The notes under the pieces are model-generated. The model searched no databases. It saw only the letters and a program-made list of their open reading frames with translations, and was not told the origin of the DNA. 64,000 bases of DNA. Source: Smithella sp. (GTDB lineage Bacteria > Desulfobacterota > Syntrophia > Syntrophales > Smithellaceae). The translations under genes were made by a program, and so were the position numbers. Below, one piece after another: positions 37,097-46,715 of this stretch (position 1 is its first letter; every line of letters begins with the position of its first letter). Location: assembly GCA_017993615.1 (NCBI GenBank), contig JAGOMJ010000004.1:6402-70401 (forward strand). The letters run 5' to 3'.

Positions 37097-37984
37097 CTAA
37101 AAGACGTCCGCCAGAAATTCTTTTATAATTTTGGCGATTTCTTTAGGTTTTTCCATGGGAATCAGATGACCGGCATCGGGAATCAACTGGTACCGGCCGT
37201 CCCGGAGAAGCGATGCTGCCTTGGGCAGATCGATAAACTCTCTGTTGGAGCTTTTTTCCCCTTCCAGAATCAGGACGGGACAGGTCAACTTTTCCAGCAA
37301 CGGCCAGGGATTGGTGCTTTTACCGCCCATAAAAAGAGCCGCTTCGTTGCGGGGCGCACAGGTAAGCTTCAAATCGCCGCCGGCCTGTTTTTCCATGCCG
37401 TATTGCAGATAAAATTGCAACATCTGTTCGTCCCAGCCCGCAAAAAGCGATTTTGATTTCAGATACTCCAGCGCGGCATTTTCATCCTTCCAGCCGTTTT
37501 TTCTTCGGATGGACAAAGAGGCCAGGGGATGATCTTTGAGCTGGATATCGATGGTATAAAAATCTTCCGGAAGGAAAATGGGTTCAATCAGAATCATCCC
37601 GCGGGGCTGCAGACCAAAAAGCGCGGAGGCAATCGTCACCACCGTGGCGCCCATCGAATGCCCGACAGCCAGATTATCGCTGATATTCTGAACGCTGCAA
37701 AAGCTGATCAGGTCTCTGGCAATCACATCCCAGGAAAGCCCGCCGCTTTCGGGATCGCAATCGCGGTAATTACATATATATGGCGCCCACGCCTGCCTCC
37801 TGGGCGGCGTCAGCTCCTCCAGGATGGGATGCCAAAGCCACGGTAGAAAACCGGTGGCGTGGGCAAAAAGAATTTGCGGAGTCTCTCCCTCGTAATAAAG
37901 ATACGGTAAATGCGCTCCGCCGATATCGTGGTGGTTCAGAGACGGAATATCCAGAATTCTTTCCGTTTGGGTCATAGTCCGCAC
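37097..37984 (-). CDS. alpha/beta-fold hydrolase
   Basis: 295 aa. Nucleophile elbow VGHSMGA and C-terminal DAGHLIP. Confidence 0.75.
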   Translation of the reverse strand: MRTMTQTERILDIPSLNHHDIGGAHLPYLYYEGETPQILFAHATGFLPWLWHPILEELTPPRRQAWAPYICNYRDCDPESGGLSWDVIARDLISFCSVQNISDNLAVGHSMGATVVTIASALFGLQPRGMILIEPIFLPEDFYTIDIQLKDHPLASLSIRRKNGWKDENAALEYLKSKSLFAGWDEQMLQFYLQYGMEKQAGGDLKLTCAPRNEAALFMGGKSTNPWPLLEKLTCPVLILEGEKSSNREFIDLPKAASLLRDGRYQLIPDAGHLIPMEKPKEIAKIIKEFLADVF

Positions 37985-38061
37985 CGGGGAAAAGGTCGCA
38001 TGTCACCGGTGTATGTCTCCCTTCGGGGATTCATACGCCGTTTATACGCTTTTAAAAATAT

Positions 38062-38610
38062 TTAAAACACAAATACCGCCGCTGCAATCACGGTGGTGTA
38101 TTTGTTGTCTTTGCAAATTGTCGACTGGGTCACATTTAGCGTTCGAACGATCTTGCCGCTGATTTTAAAAATTTCCTTCTTTTCGTCCCAGCTCTCATCA
38201 ACATTAAAATCGATGCCCAATGTGGAGGCCAGCATGGCCGCTGCAAGATCTTCCGCGTAATCGCCGGCCTGTTTTTCATTCTGACCGAAAGCATGGTGTT
38301 CGCTGATGTAACCGTAGGATGATTTATCGGCGGGAATGGCGCAACCGACCGAAGCGGCCATGAGTCGTTTGGGTTCGTTCGTACAGCAACGGCTCATAAC
38401 GCAGTACGTGATGGCGCCCGGCGTCAATTGTTTCAGCCCCTGAGTTTTGGAGATCATTTTACAGCGTGGCGGAAAGATGCTGGACACCTGCACCAGGTTG
38501 CATTTCTCTATTCCGGCATCACGCAAGGCACGCTCAAAGGAATGCAATTCGTCTTTGTGCGTGCCCACTCCTTTTGTAAAAAAAATCTTTTTGGGCACAA
38601 AACTATCCAT
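38062..38610 (-). CDS. pdaD: pyruvoyl-dependent arginine decarboxylase
   Basis: [24 protein letters not shown] matches the PvlArgDC self-cleavage region (Ser-Ser). Confidence 0.85.
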   Translation of the reverse strand: MDSFVPKKIFFTKGVGTHKDELHSFERALRDAGIEKCNLVQVSSIFPPRCKMISKTQGLKQLTPGAITYCVMSRCCTNEPKRLMAASVGCAIPADKSSYGYISEHHAFGQNEKQAGDYAEDLAAAMLASTLGIDFNVDESWDEKKEIFKISGKIVRTLNVTQSTICKDNKYTTVIAAAVFVF

Positions 38611-38819
38611 GGTTCATCTCCTTCTTCTACCCGTAAACGGCGCCGTATTTTTAAAACTTTTCGCCCTGCCCGTCGAAAATCCAAAAGTTTGTATAGCAGG
38701 GTTCGATCCCTTATTCCATAAATTATTTATAAAATACAGAAAATTTTTCGCCGTTTCATCTTGCCCAAAACATGAAAAAAGACTATACAATACGCCAGAA
38801 TAAATTGAAGGGATCGGGC

Positions 38820-40160
38820 ATGAAAGTAAAATACGTCTGCGTTGTTTTAGCGCTGTTTTTAGTGTCCTGTTATTTGCAACCTCCCGATACCCTCCAGGAC
38901 GTAAAAGATGTCACCGACCTGCCCCAGGATCACACCGCCCGTCTGGCGGACGTGCCGGCAGACAAAGTCCTTCTGACCCGTGATAGTCAAACTGCGATGA
39001 ATGAACATTACGACAAAACGTTTTTTTCCGTGTGGCACCATCCTGAACCGGTGCACGCACTGCCGGAAAGATTGTCTGCCATTTTCACACAATTTGCCGC
39101 CCATCCGGGCTATGGCGAAAACAAGAGAAAGCATTCCACCGCATGGTTGAAAAAACTTCAGCAGAACGCCTGGCTGGAAAATTATCCCAATACGCTGCAG
39201 CCGGCGATCACCGTCCGATCGACGAACCTGCGCATGCTGCCCACGAACGGTCCACATTTTTATAAACCGGGCGGCGACATCAACGGCTGGCCGTTTGACA
39301 ATCTTCAGATATCTTCAGTGGCGGCCAACACACCGATTCTGATATGCCACATCAGCAGGGACCGGTCATGGGCCCTGGTGGAAACCAGCTTTGCCTTCGG
39401 ATGGATTCCGGCTGAGGATTTTGCACGCGTTGACGATCCCTTTATGCAGACATGGCAAACCTCCCGCTATGCCACCGTCACCCGGGATAAAATCCCGATC
39501 GTCGACGCAAACGGCAATTTCAGTCTCCGGACCTCTATCGGACAAATGTTTCCTCTGATCACCGAGATGGCGGATAAACTCGAAATTCTCATCGCCTCGG
39601 CGGACGCAAACCATCAGGCCATTATCCAACGCGTTTTCATTTCGCGGGAGATCATGAACATCAAACCGTTGCCGTTTACCTATGCAAACGCAACCAGAAT
39701 TGCCAATGAACTGATTGACGAACCCTACGGCTGGGGCGGTCTTTACGGAAACCGCGATTGTTCCGCAATGACGCGGGATTTTTTTGCTCCTTTCGGCATC
39801 TGGCTGCCCAGACATTCGGCGGATCAGGCAAAAAAAATCGGCATTTATATTGACCTGGAGGCTATGGAACCGCAAGAAAAAGAAAAAGTGATTCTGGAAC
39901 AGGGCATTCCCTATTTGAGCCTGCTGTGGCGCAGGGGACATATCATGCTTTACATCGGCGAACGAAACGGGCGGGCACTGATTTTTCACAATGTCTGGGG
40001 ACTGAGAATCACAGACGCCCGCGGCGAGGAAGGACGCAAGATCATCGGCAAGGCCGTCATCACGACCTTGCATCCCGGCAAAGAATTAACAAACATCGAT
40101 CCCGATGCCTTGCTGATCAAAAATCTTTCCGCCATGACGATACTGGCGCCGGCAAAGTAA
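38820..40160 (+). CDS. NlpC/P60-family cell-wall peptidase lipoprotein with SH3-like N-terminal region
   Basis: Start at MKVKYVCVVLALFLVSC (lipobox LVSC). Catalytic region YGWGGLYGNRDCSAMTRDFF and GHIMLYIG. Confidence 0.8.
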   Translation: MKVKYVCVVLALFLVSCYLQPPDTLQDVKDVTDLPQDHTARLADVPADKVLLTRDSQTAMNEHYDKTFFSVWHHPEPVHALPERLSAIFTQFAAHPGYGENKRKHSTAWLKKLQQNAWLENYPNTLQPAITVRSTNLRMLPTNGPHFYKPGGDINGWPFDNLQISSVAANTPILICHISRDRSWALVETSFAFGWIPAEDFARVDDPFMQTWQTSRYATVTRDKIPIVDANGNFSLRTSIGQMFPLITEMADKLEILIASADANHQAIIQRVFISREIMNIKPLPFTYANATRIANELIDEPYGWGGLYGNRDCSAMTRDFFAPFGIWLPRHSADQAKKIGIYIDLEAMEPQEKEKVILEQGIPYLSLLWRRGHIMLYIGERNGRALIFHNVWGLRITDARGEEGRKIIGKAVITTLHPGKELTNIDPDALLIKNLSAMTILAPAK

Positions 40161-40241
40161 ATAGCATGTCTTCCCGTTGACGCCGCTGTTTAAGAAAATA
40201 GGTCATAAGGGACGACGTATTAAACAACACCTTCACTGAAA

Positions 40242-41024
40242 ATGGCATCGTACAAATTTAAAATTCTGCTTGAATATGACGGAACCGGTTACCGCGGCTG
40301 GCAAACGCAGAAAAACGCCCGCAGCGTTCAGGAAACTTTAATCAAGGCGGCGCAAAGTTTTCTGGACGTGCCGGTAAGAATACAGGGGGCCGGCAGAACC
40401 GACGCCGGGGTACATGCCCTGGAGCAAGCGGCCCATCTCGAATCTCCCAAAAAAGTCCATCCGGACATTTTACGCACGGGTATGAACGATCACCTGCCGT
40501 CAAGCGTCAACATCTTAAGGGTGGAAAATGCGCCCGCGCGTTTTCATGCCCGCCATCACGCACTCAGCCGAAGCTATCTCTATTTGATTTCCCGAAGACG
40601 CACGGCTTTCGGCAAGCGATATGTCTGGTGGGTCAAAGACAGACTCGATTGCGATAAAATGAAACAGACGCTGGATGTTTTTCAGGGCTTTCATGATTTT
40701 GCCTCCTTCGCCGACAAAAGAATGGACAAGGAAGCTTCCACAAAAGTCAACATTGAAGGCCTATGGCTGAAAGAATTCGACAATATCATTGCGGTGCGCA
40801 TTTTAGGGTCGCATTTTCTCTGGAAAATGGTCCGGCGCATTGTCGGCGTGACCGTTGAGCTCGGCCGCGGCAACCTCACCAGGCCCGATGTCGAAAAAAT
40901 GATGACATCCTTTTCAGAGCTGCCCGCGCACTTCACCGCCCCGCCTTCCGGTCTTTTTCTGGAAAAGGTCCTGTACGAAGGCGATAAACTGCCGCCCGTC
41001 ACCCCGCCGATTTGTCTATTATAA
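40242..41024 (+). CDS. truA: tRNA pseudouridine(38-40) synthase
   Basis: 260 aa. GAGRTDAGVHA catalytic Asp motif. Confidence 0.92.
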   Translation: MASYKFKILLEYDGTGYRGWQTQKNARSVQETLIKAAQSFLDVPVRIQGAGRTDAGVHALEQAAHLESPKKVHPDILRTGMNDHLPSSVNILRVENAPARFHARHHALSRSYLYLISRRRTAFGKRYVWWVKDRLDCDKMKQTLDVFQGFHDFASFADKRMDKEASTKVNIEGLWLKEFDNIIAVRILGSHFLWKMVRRIVGVTVELGRGNLTRPDVEKMMTSFSELPAHFTAPPSGLFLEKVLYEGDKLPPVTPPICLL

Positions 41025-41035
41025 ACAGCAGCTCT

Positions 41036-42028
41036 TCACGATGATTGATCATGTCCGATCGGTTGCGGTCGGATCATGCCTTTATCCGGTCTTTTCTCCC
41101 GGGGCAATAAACAACCGGCCTGACACATATCGGAACATTCACCATCACAGGGTTCGATATGAATGGTGATCGTGGATTCCGGAAACCGAGCCCTGATGTT
41201 TTTCTTCAAAATTCTGGTAATGCCGTGCGAATCGTGGACGGACATCTGCGGATCGACTTTGATGTGAAATTCCACAAAGCGAACATGCCCCGCTTTGCGC
41301 GTGCGCAATTGATGAAAACCGTAGACGGCCTTTTCCACGCTGATCATGCTGCGGATAAAATTCTCTTCTTCCCTCGGTAACTGGACATCAACCAGGCCAC
41401 TGAGGGCGTCAACGGTCAAACGATATGCGACGCGCATAATCAGCGCGGCGACCAAGATCGCGGCAACCGGATCAACCCAGTAAATATTGGGGTCGGCGAA
41501 GAATTTATGACCCAGCCAGATGATCGTCAGGCCAAACATGACACCGGCAGACGTATACACATCCGTGCGCAAATGCCAGGCATCAGCCTGGAGAGCAATG
41601 GAATCGGCTTCCTTGCCCACTTTAAAAAGTTTTTGCGAAACAATAAAATTCATGACGGCAGAAAACAACATGACGCCGACCCCCCAGCCGACATTTTCCA
41701 TGGCCTGGGGGGCATTTAGTTTTTTCAGCGCTTCAAAGATAATCCAAAACGCCGCGCCAAAAATCAGCAGGGCTTCCACAAAGCCGGAAAGGTTTTCAAT
41801 TTTGCCGTGGCCGAACGGATGACGTTCGTCGGCCGGAACGCTGGAAGTTTTGACGGAAAACATGGCGATCACTGCAGCCAGCAGATCCACACCGGAGTGA
41901 ATCGCTTCCGAAATGATCGAAACGGAACCGATGGCAAAGCCGACAAGGACTTTGAATAAAACGAGAAACGCATTGGAAGCAACCGACAACATTGCCACGT
42001 TTTCTTTGCGCTGCTGCATATCTTTCAC
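41036..42028 (-). CDS. cation diffusion facilitator (CDF) metal efflux transporter
   Basis: 330 aa. Six TM segments with HSGVDLLAA and LRTDVYTS motifs, cytoplasmic C-terminal domain, Cys/His-rich tail. Confidence 0.85.
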   Translation of the reverse strand: MKDMQQRKENVAMLSVASNAFLVLFKVLVGFAIGSVSIISEAIHSGVDLLAAVIAMFSVKTSSVPADERHPFGHGKIENLSGFVEALLIFGAAFWIIFEALKKLNAPQAMENVGWGVGVMLFSAVMNFIVSQKLFKVGKEADSIALQADAWHLRTDVYTSAGVMFGLTIIWLGHKFFADPNIYWVDPVAAILVAALIMRVAYRLTVDALSGLVDVQLPREEENFIRSMISVEKAVYGFHQLRTRKAGHVRFVEFHIKVDPQMSVHDSHGITRILKKNIRARFPESTITIHIEPCDGECSDMCQAGCLLPREKRPDKGMIRPQPIGHDQSS

Positions 42029-42169
42029 GGTATTGCCTCGTAATTAAAATTGGCCATCTGTATTGCAGGCCCGCTGTGTTTTTCTTCTAATCGCAATTCG
42101 CCGGCTTTGCAAGCACCTAATTTTGTGATACAAAGCCAGCCTCAAATTGTTTGGTAAAAAAAGATCCTT

Positions 42170-43270
42170 ATGAAGACAAAAACTGTTTCACCTTTCATTC
42201 AAAAAACCTCGGTAAAAGACTGGGCCGACTGGCGCTGGCAGATCAAAAACCGCCTCACCCATCCGCTCCTCCCGTGCGCGCAGCCGCAAACCGCCGCGAG
42301 CCACCGGGAAACCCTCCAGTCGGTAACGGCTGTTTATCCGATGGCCGTAACGCCTTACTATTTATCGCTTATCCAACACCAGGATTTTCACGATCCCATT
42401 TACGCCCAATGCATGCCGGATCCGCGGGAAATATCTACTGCCGGCCGGGCGGCGGAAGATCCCCTTCAGGAAGATTTGCATATGCCGGTTCCCAAACTGG
42501 TGCACCGTTATCCGGACCGTTGTCTGGCGATTGTCACGGAAACCTGCGCGGTGTACTGCCGGCACTGTAACCGAAAGCGTTTCTGGTCCCGCCCCGCTTC
42601 CCTGAACCTGACTGACCGACTGCAAAAGATAACCCGTTACATTGCCGAATCGCCCCGCATCCGGGAAGTGATTATTTCCGGCGGCGATCCCCTGACCCTG
42701 GATGACCGTGTTCTCGAAAAAATCCTTGCTTCTCTGAAAGCCATCCCGCATGTTGACGTTCTGCGTATCGGCAGCCGCGTGCCTGTTGTTCTGCCGATGC
42801 GCATCACCCGGACGCTCTGCCGGATGCTGAAACGATACCGGCCCCTGTGGTTCAATACGCAGTTCAATCACCCCGGGGAAATTACACCGGAGGCGGCGCG
42901 GGCCTGTAATATGCTACAGGAGGCGGGCATTCCCGTCTCCAACCAGTCGGTTCTGCTCAAAGGCGTCAACGATTCCCCGGACATCATGGGTGATCTTCTT
43001 TACGGTCTGCAAAAAATGTCCGTCCGCCCCTATTATCTTTTCCATTGCGACCCGGCACAAGGGTGTCTGCATTTTCGCACCGAGGTACCGGCCGGCCTTG
43101 ATATGATGGAGAAAATATGGCGGCACTGTTCCGGACTTTGCGTGCCGCAATATGTTCTGGATGTCCCCGGCAAGGTCGGAAAAATCCCCTTAAACATCCT
43201 GTCCGAAACGATGAAAAATGATTTAAAGAAACATCAACATTTTTTTGACAAGCGTCAAGAAATAGATTAG
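42170..43270 (+). CDS. epmB: radical-SAM lysine 2,3-aminomutase-like EF-P modification enzyme
   Basis: 366 aa. CAVYCRHCNRK (CxxxCxxC) and KamA-family pattern. Directly upstream of efp. Confidence 0.85.
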   Translation: MKTKTVSPFIQKTSVKDWADWRWQIKNRLTHPLLPCAQPQTAASHRETLQSVTAVYPMAVTPYYLSLIQHQDFHDPIYAQCMPDPREISTAGRAAEDPLQEDLHMPVPKLVHRYPDRCLAIVTETCAVYCRHCNRKRFWSRPASLNLTDRLQKITRYIAESPRIREVIISGGDPLTLDDRVLEKILASLKAIPHVDVLRIGSRVPVVLPMRITRTLCRMLKRYRPLWFNTQFNHPGEITPEAARACNMLQEAGIPVSNQSVLLKGVNDSPDIMGDLLYGLQKMSVRPYYLFHCDPAQGCLHFRTEVPAGLDMMEKIWRHCSGLCVPQYVLDVPGKVGKIPLNILSETMKNDLKKHQHFFDKRQEID

Positions 43271-43325
43271 AGAAGCGCCTGAGGCAAAACAGGCGATTTT
43301 GCCACACTAAGCAAGGAGAAAATTT

Positions 43326-43889
43326 ATGTACACTGCCAGTGATTTAAGAAAAGGACTGCGGCTGAAAATCGATGGCGAACCTTATGTCATCGTTGAATTC
43401 AATTTCGTCAAGCCCGGTAAAGGACAGGCCCTGTATCGCACCAAACTCAAAAACATGATCAACGGCAATCAGTTTGAACGAACATTTCGTTCTGTAGATA
43501 CATTCGAACAGGCGGATTTACGGGAAAAGACCATGCAGTATCTATATAAGGAAGGAGACAAATTCTGCTTCATGGACAATGAAACCTTCGAGCAGGTTTA
43601 TCTGACGGAAGAACAGGTCGATGATGCCGTAAATTTTATGACGGATAACATCGAAGTGGAAATTCTTCTTTTTGAAGACCGGCCCATCGGCATCAGCCTG
43701 CCCAACTTTGTGGAACTGGTCGTCACCGAAGCCGAACCCTGGGCCAAAGGTGACACTGCCGCCGGTTCAACCAAACCGGTCAAGGTACAGACAGGCTATA
43801 CGATTCAGGTTCCGACCTTCGTAACCGAAGGTGAGAAAATCAGAATTGACACAAGAACGGGTGAGTACCTGACTAGAGTCAAAGGTTAA
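43326..43889 (+). CDS. efp: translation elongation factor P
   Basis: 187 aa. Modification loop VKPGKGQA with the conserved Lys. Confidence 0.97.
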   Translation: MYTASDLRKGLRLKIDGEPYVIVEFNFVKPGKGQALYRTKLKNMINGNQFERTFRSVDTFEQADLREKTMQYLYKEGDKFCFMDNETFEQVYLTEEQVDDAVNFMTDNIEVEILLFEDRPIGISLPNFVELVVTEAEPWAKGDTAAGSTKPVKVQTGYTIQVPTFVTEGEKIRIDTRTGEYLTRVKG

Positions 43890-44019
43890 CGCAGCTTTTC
43901 AAAATGCTTATCTGCTGCGTTGCGCTTCAGCCTGCGTCCTTGCGTCGTATCATAATACGCTTCACTCCGCATCCTTCGTGCGCCTTGCCTCTGAGACAAT
44001 TTGAAAAAGCTTAATCAAT

Positions 44020-44955
44020 ATGAACGACTTTTTTCAAGATAATATCTTTCATCCGGCGCGCAAGTCTCAGGCCTTGGAGATGCGAGCCAAACTCATTCAA
44101 AGCATCCGTCATTTTTTCATCAACAGCAGCTTTCTGGAAGTGGACACGCCGGTCAGGATCCCCTCGCCCGCGCCGGAAGAACATATCGAGGCCCTCCGTT
44201 CGGAGGATTGGTTTTTGCAGACATCGCCGGAGCTCTGCATGAAGAGGTTGCTGGCCGCAGGCTACCCGCGTATTTTTCAAATCTGCAAATGTTTCCGCGC
44301 CGGCGAGAGAGGCGATCTGCATCTGCCGGAGTTTACGATGCTGGAGTGGTATGTCGCCGGATTCGATTACCGGCAACTCATGGCCCAATGCCGGAACCTG
44401 ATCGTTGCGGTTGCACAAAATCAGGGCCTTACTGAAATCAAAAGAGACAACCGGACCATTGCCTTAACACCGCCGTGGGAGAGCATCACCGTGGAAGACG
44501 CCTTTTTAAGATACGCGCCGCTTACCCTGGATGAGGCTCTGGTGCAGGGCACGTTCGATGAAATCCTTGTTGACTGTATCGAGCCCCGGCTGGGAATCGG
44601 CAAACCGACGTTTCTTTATGACTATCCGGCCTCACTGGCGGCGCTGGCGAAACTTAAAGACAATCATCGCACCGTCAGCGAAAGGTTCGAGCTATACATC
44701 GGCGGGCTGGAAATTGCCAACGGCTTTTCAGAACTGACCGATGCGGCGGAACAAAGAAAACGTTTTGAAGAGGCGCTGAAAAAACGGGCTGAAAAAAAAT
44801 GGTCGGAGTATCTGATGCCGGAGAAATTTCTTCAGTCCCTGGGACACCTGCCGCCCTGTGCCGGCATTGCGCTGGGCATTGACCGGCTGGTGATGATCAT
44901 AACCGGTGCAAACTGCATTGATGATGTGGTTGCGTTTATACCGGAAAATCTTTGA
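44020..44955 (+). CDS. epmA: EF-P lysine-lysyltransferase (GenX/PoxA, truncated class II LysRS paralogue)
   Basis: 311 aa. FRAGERGDLHLPEFTMLEWY class II motif 2-like region and C-terminal GIALGIDRL. Confidence 0.88.
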   Translation: MNDFFQDNIFHPARKSQALEMRAKLIQSIRHFFINSSFLEVDTPVRIPSPAPEEHIEALRSEDWFLQTSPELCMKRLLAAGYPRIFQICKCFRAGERGDLHLPEFTMLEWYVAGFDYRQLMAQCRNLIVAVAQNQGLTEIKRDNRTIALTPPWESITVEDAFLRYAPLTLDEALVQGTFDEILVDCIEPRLGIGKPTFLYDYPASLAALAKLKDNHRTVSERFELYIGGLEIANGFSELTDAAEQRKRFEEALKKRAEKKWSEYLMPEKFLQSLGHLPPCAGIALGIDRLVMIITGANCIDDVVAFIPENL

Positions 44956-44982
44956 TCCATCGTTGTTAAGAAATTAATGCAT

Positions 44983-45018
44983 AAAAAAACCCGCCCCCCG
45001 AATAAGGGGCGGGTTTTT
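44983..45018. terminator. bidirectional intrinsic terminator between epmA and the convergent lipoprotein gene
   Basis: A7 run, stem CCCGCCCC / GGGGCGGG, loop CCGAATAA, T5 run. Confidence 0.8.
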
Positions 45019-45038
45019 GTTTATCTGGTTTTTAGTGA

Positions 45039-46544
45039 TTAATGGGTGATGACATTCAGTGTATAGAAAGTGCCTTCTGTCAACTCCATTGTTTCCGTAC
45101 CAACCATGAACGTACCGTCAAATGCCAGCTGTCCATGGAAAACAATTGCATCGGTTTCAGGATTCGTGACGATTGCCTGACCGTTGGGAGCAATGGTCAG
45201 TTTCTTGACACTGACCAGACCCAACTTCTGTATCGGTGTATAAGCGAGAGACAAATTCCAGTTATAGGACAGCATGACATCCAAATTGAAGGTAAGCGCC
45301 AATATATCCGGCAGGAAGGACGTCTCAAACCGGCTTACATTAATATCATGATGCGCCCAGAAGACGTCATCGCCGACACCCAGCAGATGGTTATAGGACG
45401 ATCCGGTCAAATTGGCCACAGCCTGTCCATCGGTAATCTGAACGATCATTAACTGATAATCGCCATTAATATCGGTATAGGTTCCAACCATTGTCTTTTT
45501 ATCGACGGAGAGAAATCCTTCGAAATCACTGGCTCTTGCCCCTAAAGCATCCACCAGGGTCACAACACCGTCAACCGCTACGGCTAACGTTACGCCATTG
45601 ATGGTTGCAGAAGGAGCACCTGTGGGACCTACTTCTTCGCTCATCGTTGTTACCAGAGCGGTATCGGTTGCTCCTGTTCCATACCACCACTCATTGGTTT
45701 GACCGACAACCATGCCATGAACGACGAAGTTATGACTTGCCAGATTGGCATTGCTGTAATTGGTGGTCCCTTCTTTCTGCGCGATCATGATCTGGTAGTT
45801 TGTTCCTGCGGTTGCCGTGCCGGCAGCAAAATCCATATCGGAGTTCATGGTCATGTGACCGCCGTCTCCCGCAGCATAGGCACCGCTTTGAATGATCGCA
45901 CCCGTATCTGGATTGACGGTAAATGTTAAATCAAAATCGGCCGGACAGGTTGTATCGCCCGCTGACGTGCTGGTTTCATACGACTCACACGTGGCAACAC
46001 CGGTGGCGCCGATGGTCAAGCGGGCACGCACCCACCCATTTTCGGTGCCCGTTCGAAGCATATTAGTACGCCACGTTCCGGCCAGGTCGGCCTGACCGTA
46101 TACGGATGCTTCCGCAGCCGTGAAGTTCACGCCTGTTATATCGGTCAAACCTACATCGAAAGTTCTTCTGGCGGGGGTGAAGGTGTAACCCTTTTTACCG
46201 GGTGTAAGAATAACGTTATACTGTTCGACGAGCGCTGCGGGCAGCCTCAATGTGTAATTGCCGTTGGCATCCGTGATAATATAGCTGAACAAATCACTGC
46301 TGATCGAGCCCTCCCAGACCTTGACATTCAGGATCGTCAATGAGTACATGGCGGAAATATTGACACCCTGAACCCCTGCGCCGGTCGCGTCAGTGACCGT
46401 ACCGGAAACAGTCACAAATAACTGCTGCTGATTTTGATCATCATCGTCGTCATCGCTGCCGCCGCTGCTGCAACCGGCGACTATCAAAAACATCAACATC
46501 AGAAAATATAACAAAAATTGAGTTAAAATCCTTTTTCTTTTCAT
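45039..46544 (-). CDS. lipoprotein with carboxypeptidase-regulatory-like domain and internally repeated C-terminal region, unknown function
   Basis: Lipobox LIVAGC followed by SSGGSDDDDDDQNQQQ linker. FVTVSGTVTDATGAGVQGVNISA ... ITDANGNYTL is typical of CarboxypepD_reg-like domains. Three later segments end in related strings (NYQIMIAQK, DYQLMIVQI, TFYTLNVI). Confidence 0.6.
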   Translation of the reverse strand: MKRKRILTQFLLYFLMLMFLIVAGCSSGGSDDDDDDQNQQQLFVTVSGTVTDATGAGVQGVNISAMYSLTILNVKVWEGSISSDLFSYIITDANGNYTLRLPAALVEQYNVILTPGKKGYTFTPARRTFDVGLTDITGVNFTAAEASVYGQADLAGTWRTNMLRTGTENGWVRARLTIGATGVATCESYETSTSAGDTTCPADFDLTFTVNPDTGAIIQSGAYAAGDGGHMTMNSDMDFAAGTATAGTNYQIMIAQKEGTTNYSNANLASHNFVVHGMVVGQTNEWWYGTGATDTALVTTMSEEVGPTGAPSATINGVTLAVAVDGVVTLVDALGARASDFEGFLSVDKKTMVGTYTDINGDYQLMIVQITDGQAVANLTGSSYNHLLGVGDDVFWAHHDINVSRFETSFLPDILALTFNLDVMLSYNWNLSLAYTPIQKLGLVSVKKLTIAPNGQAIVTNPETDAIVFHGQLAFDGTFMVGTETMELTEGTFYTLNVITH

Positions 46545-46715
46545 AGGTCCCCCTTATTATTATTACGTTTTAATCAAATAGTTTTTAAGTTATCGGTACA
46601 TCTACTATCATTTCTAAAAAAAAACAAGAAGTTTTTTACGTTAAAAGATATATTGACAAGGACTTTTTTTTCCTTTAGCGTACGCAACAAATTCATTTCC
46701 CATTGGAGATTAAAA

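Noticed and set aside
38640-38720. GGTTCGATCCC string (38700-38710) resembling a tRNA T-arm/T-loop
   Set aside because: No matching acceptor stem, D-arm or anticodon arm can be built from the preceding ~65 nt, and the flanking T-stem pairing is poor. It is not a tRNA. At most it is a chance match in the pdaD / NlpC-P60 divergent promoter region.
42151-42570. 139-aa ORF overlapping the 5-prime part of epmB in another frame
   Set aside because: The product is Pro/Gly/Arg/Ala-rich low complexity. The overlapping frame encodes a bona fide KamA/EpmB-like radical-SAM protein.
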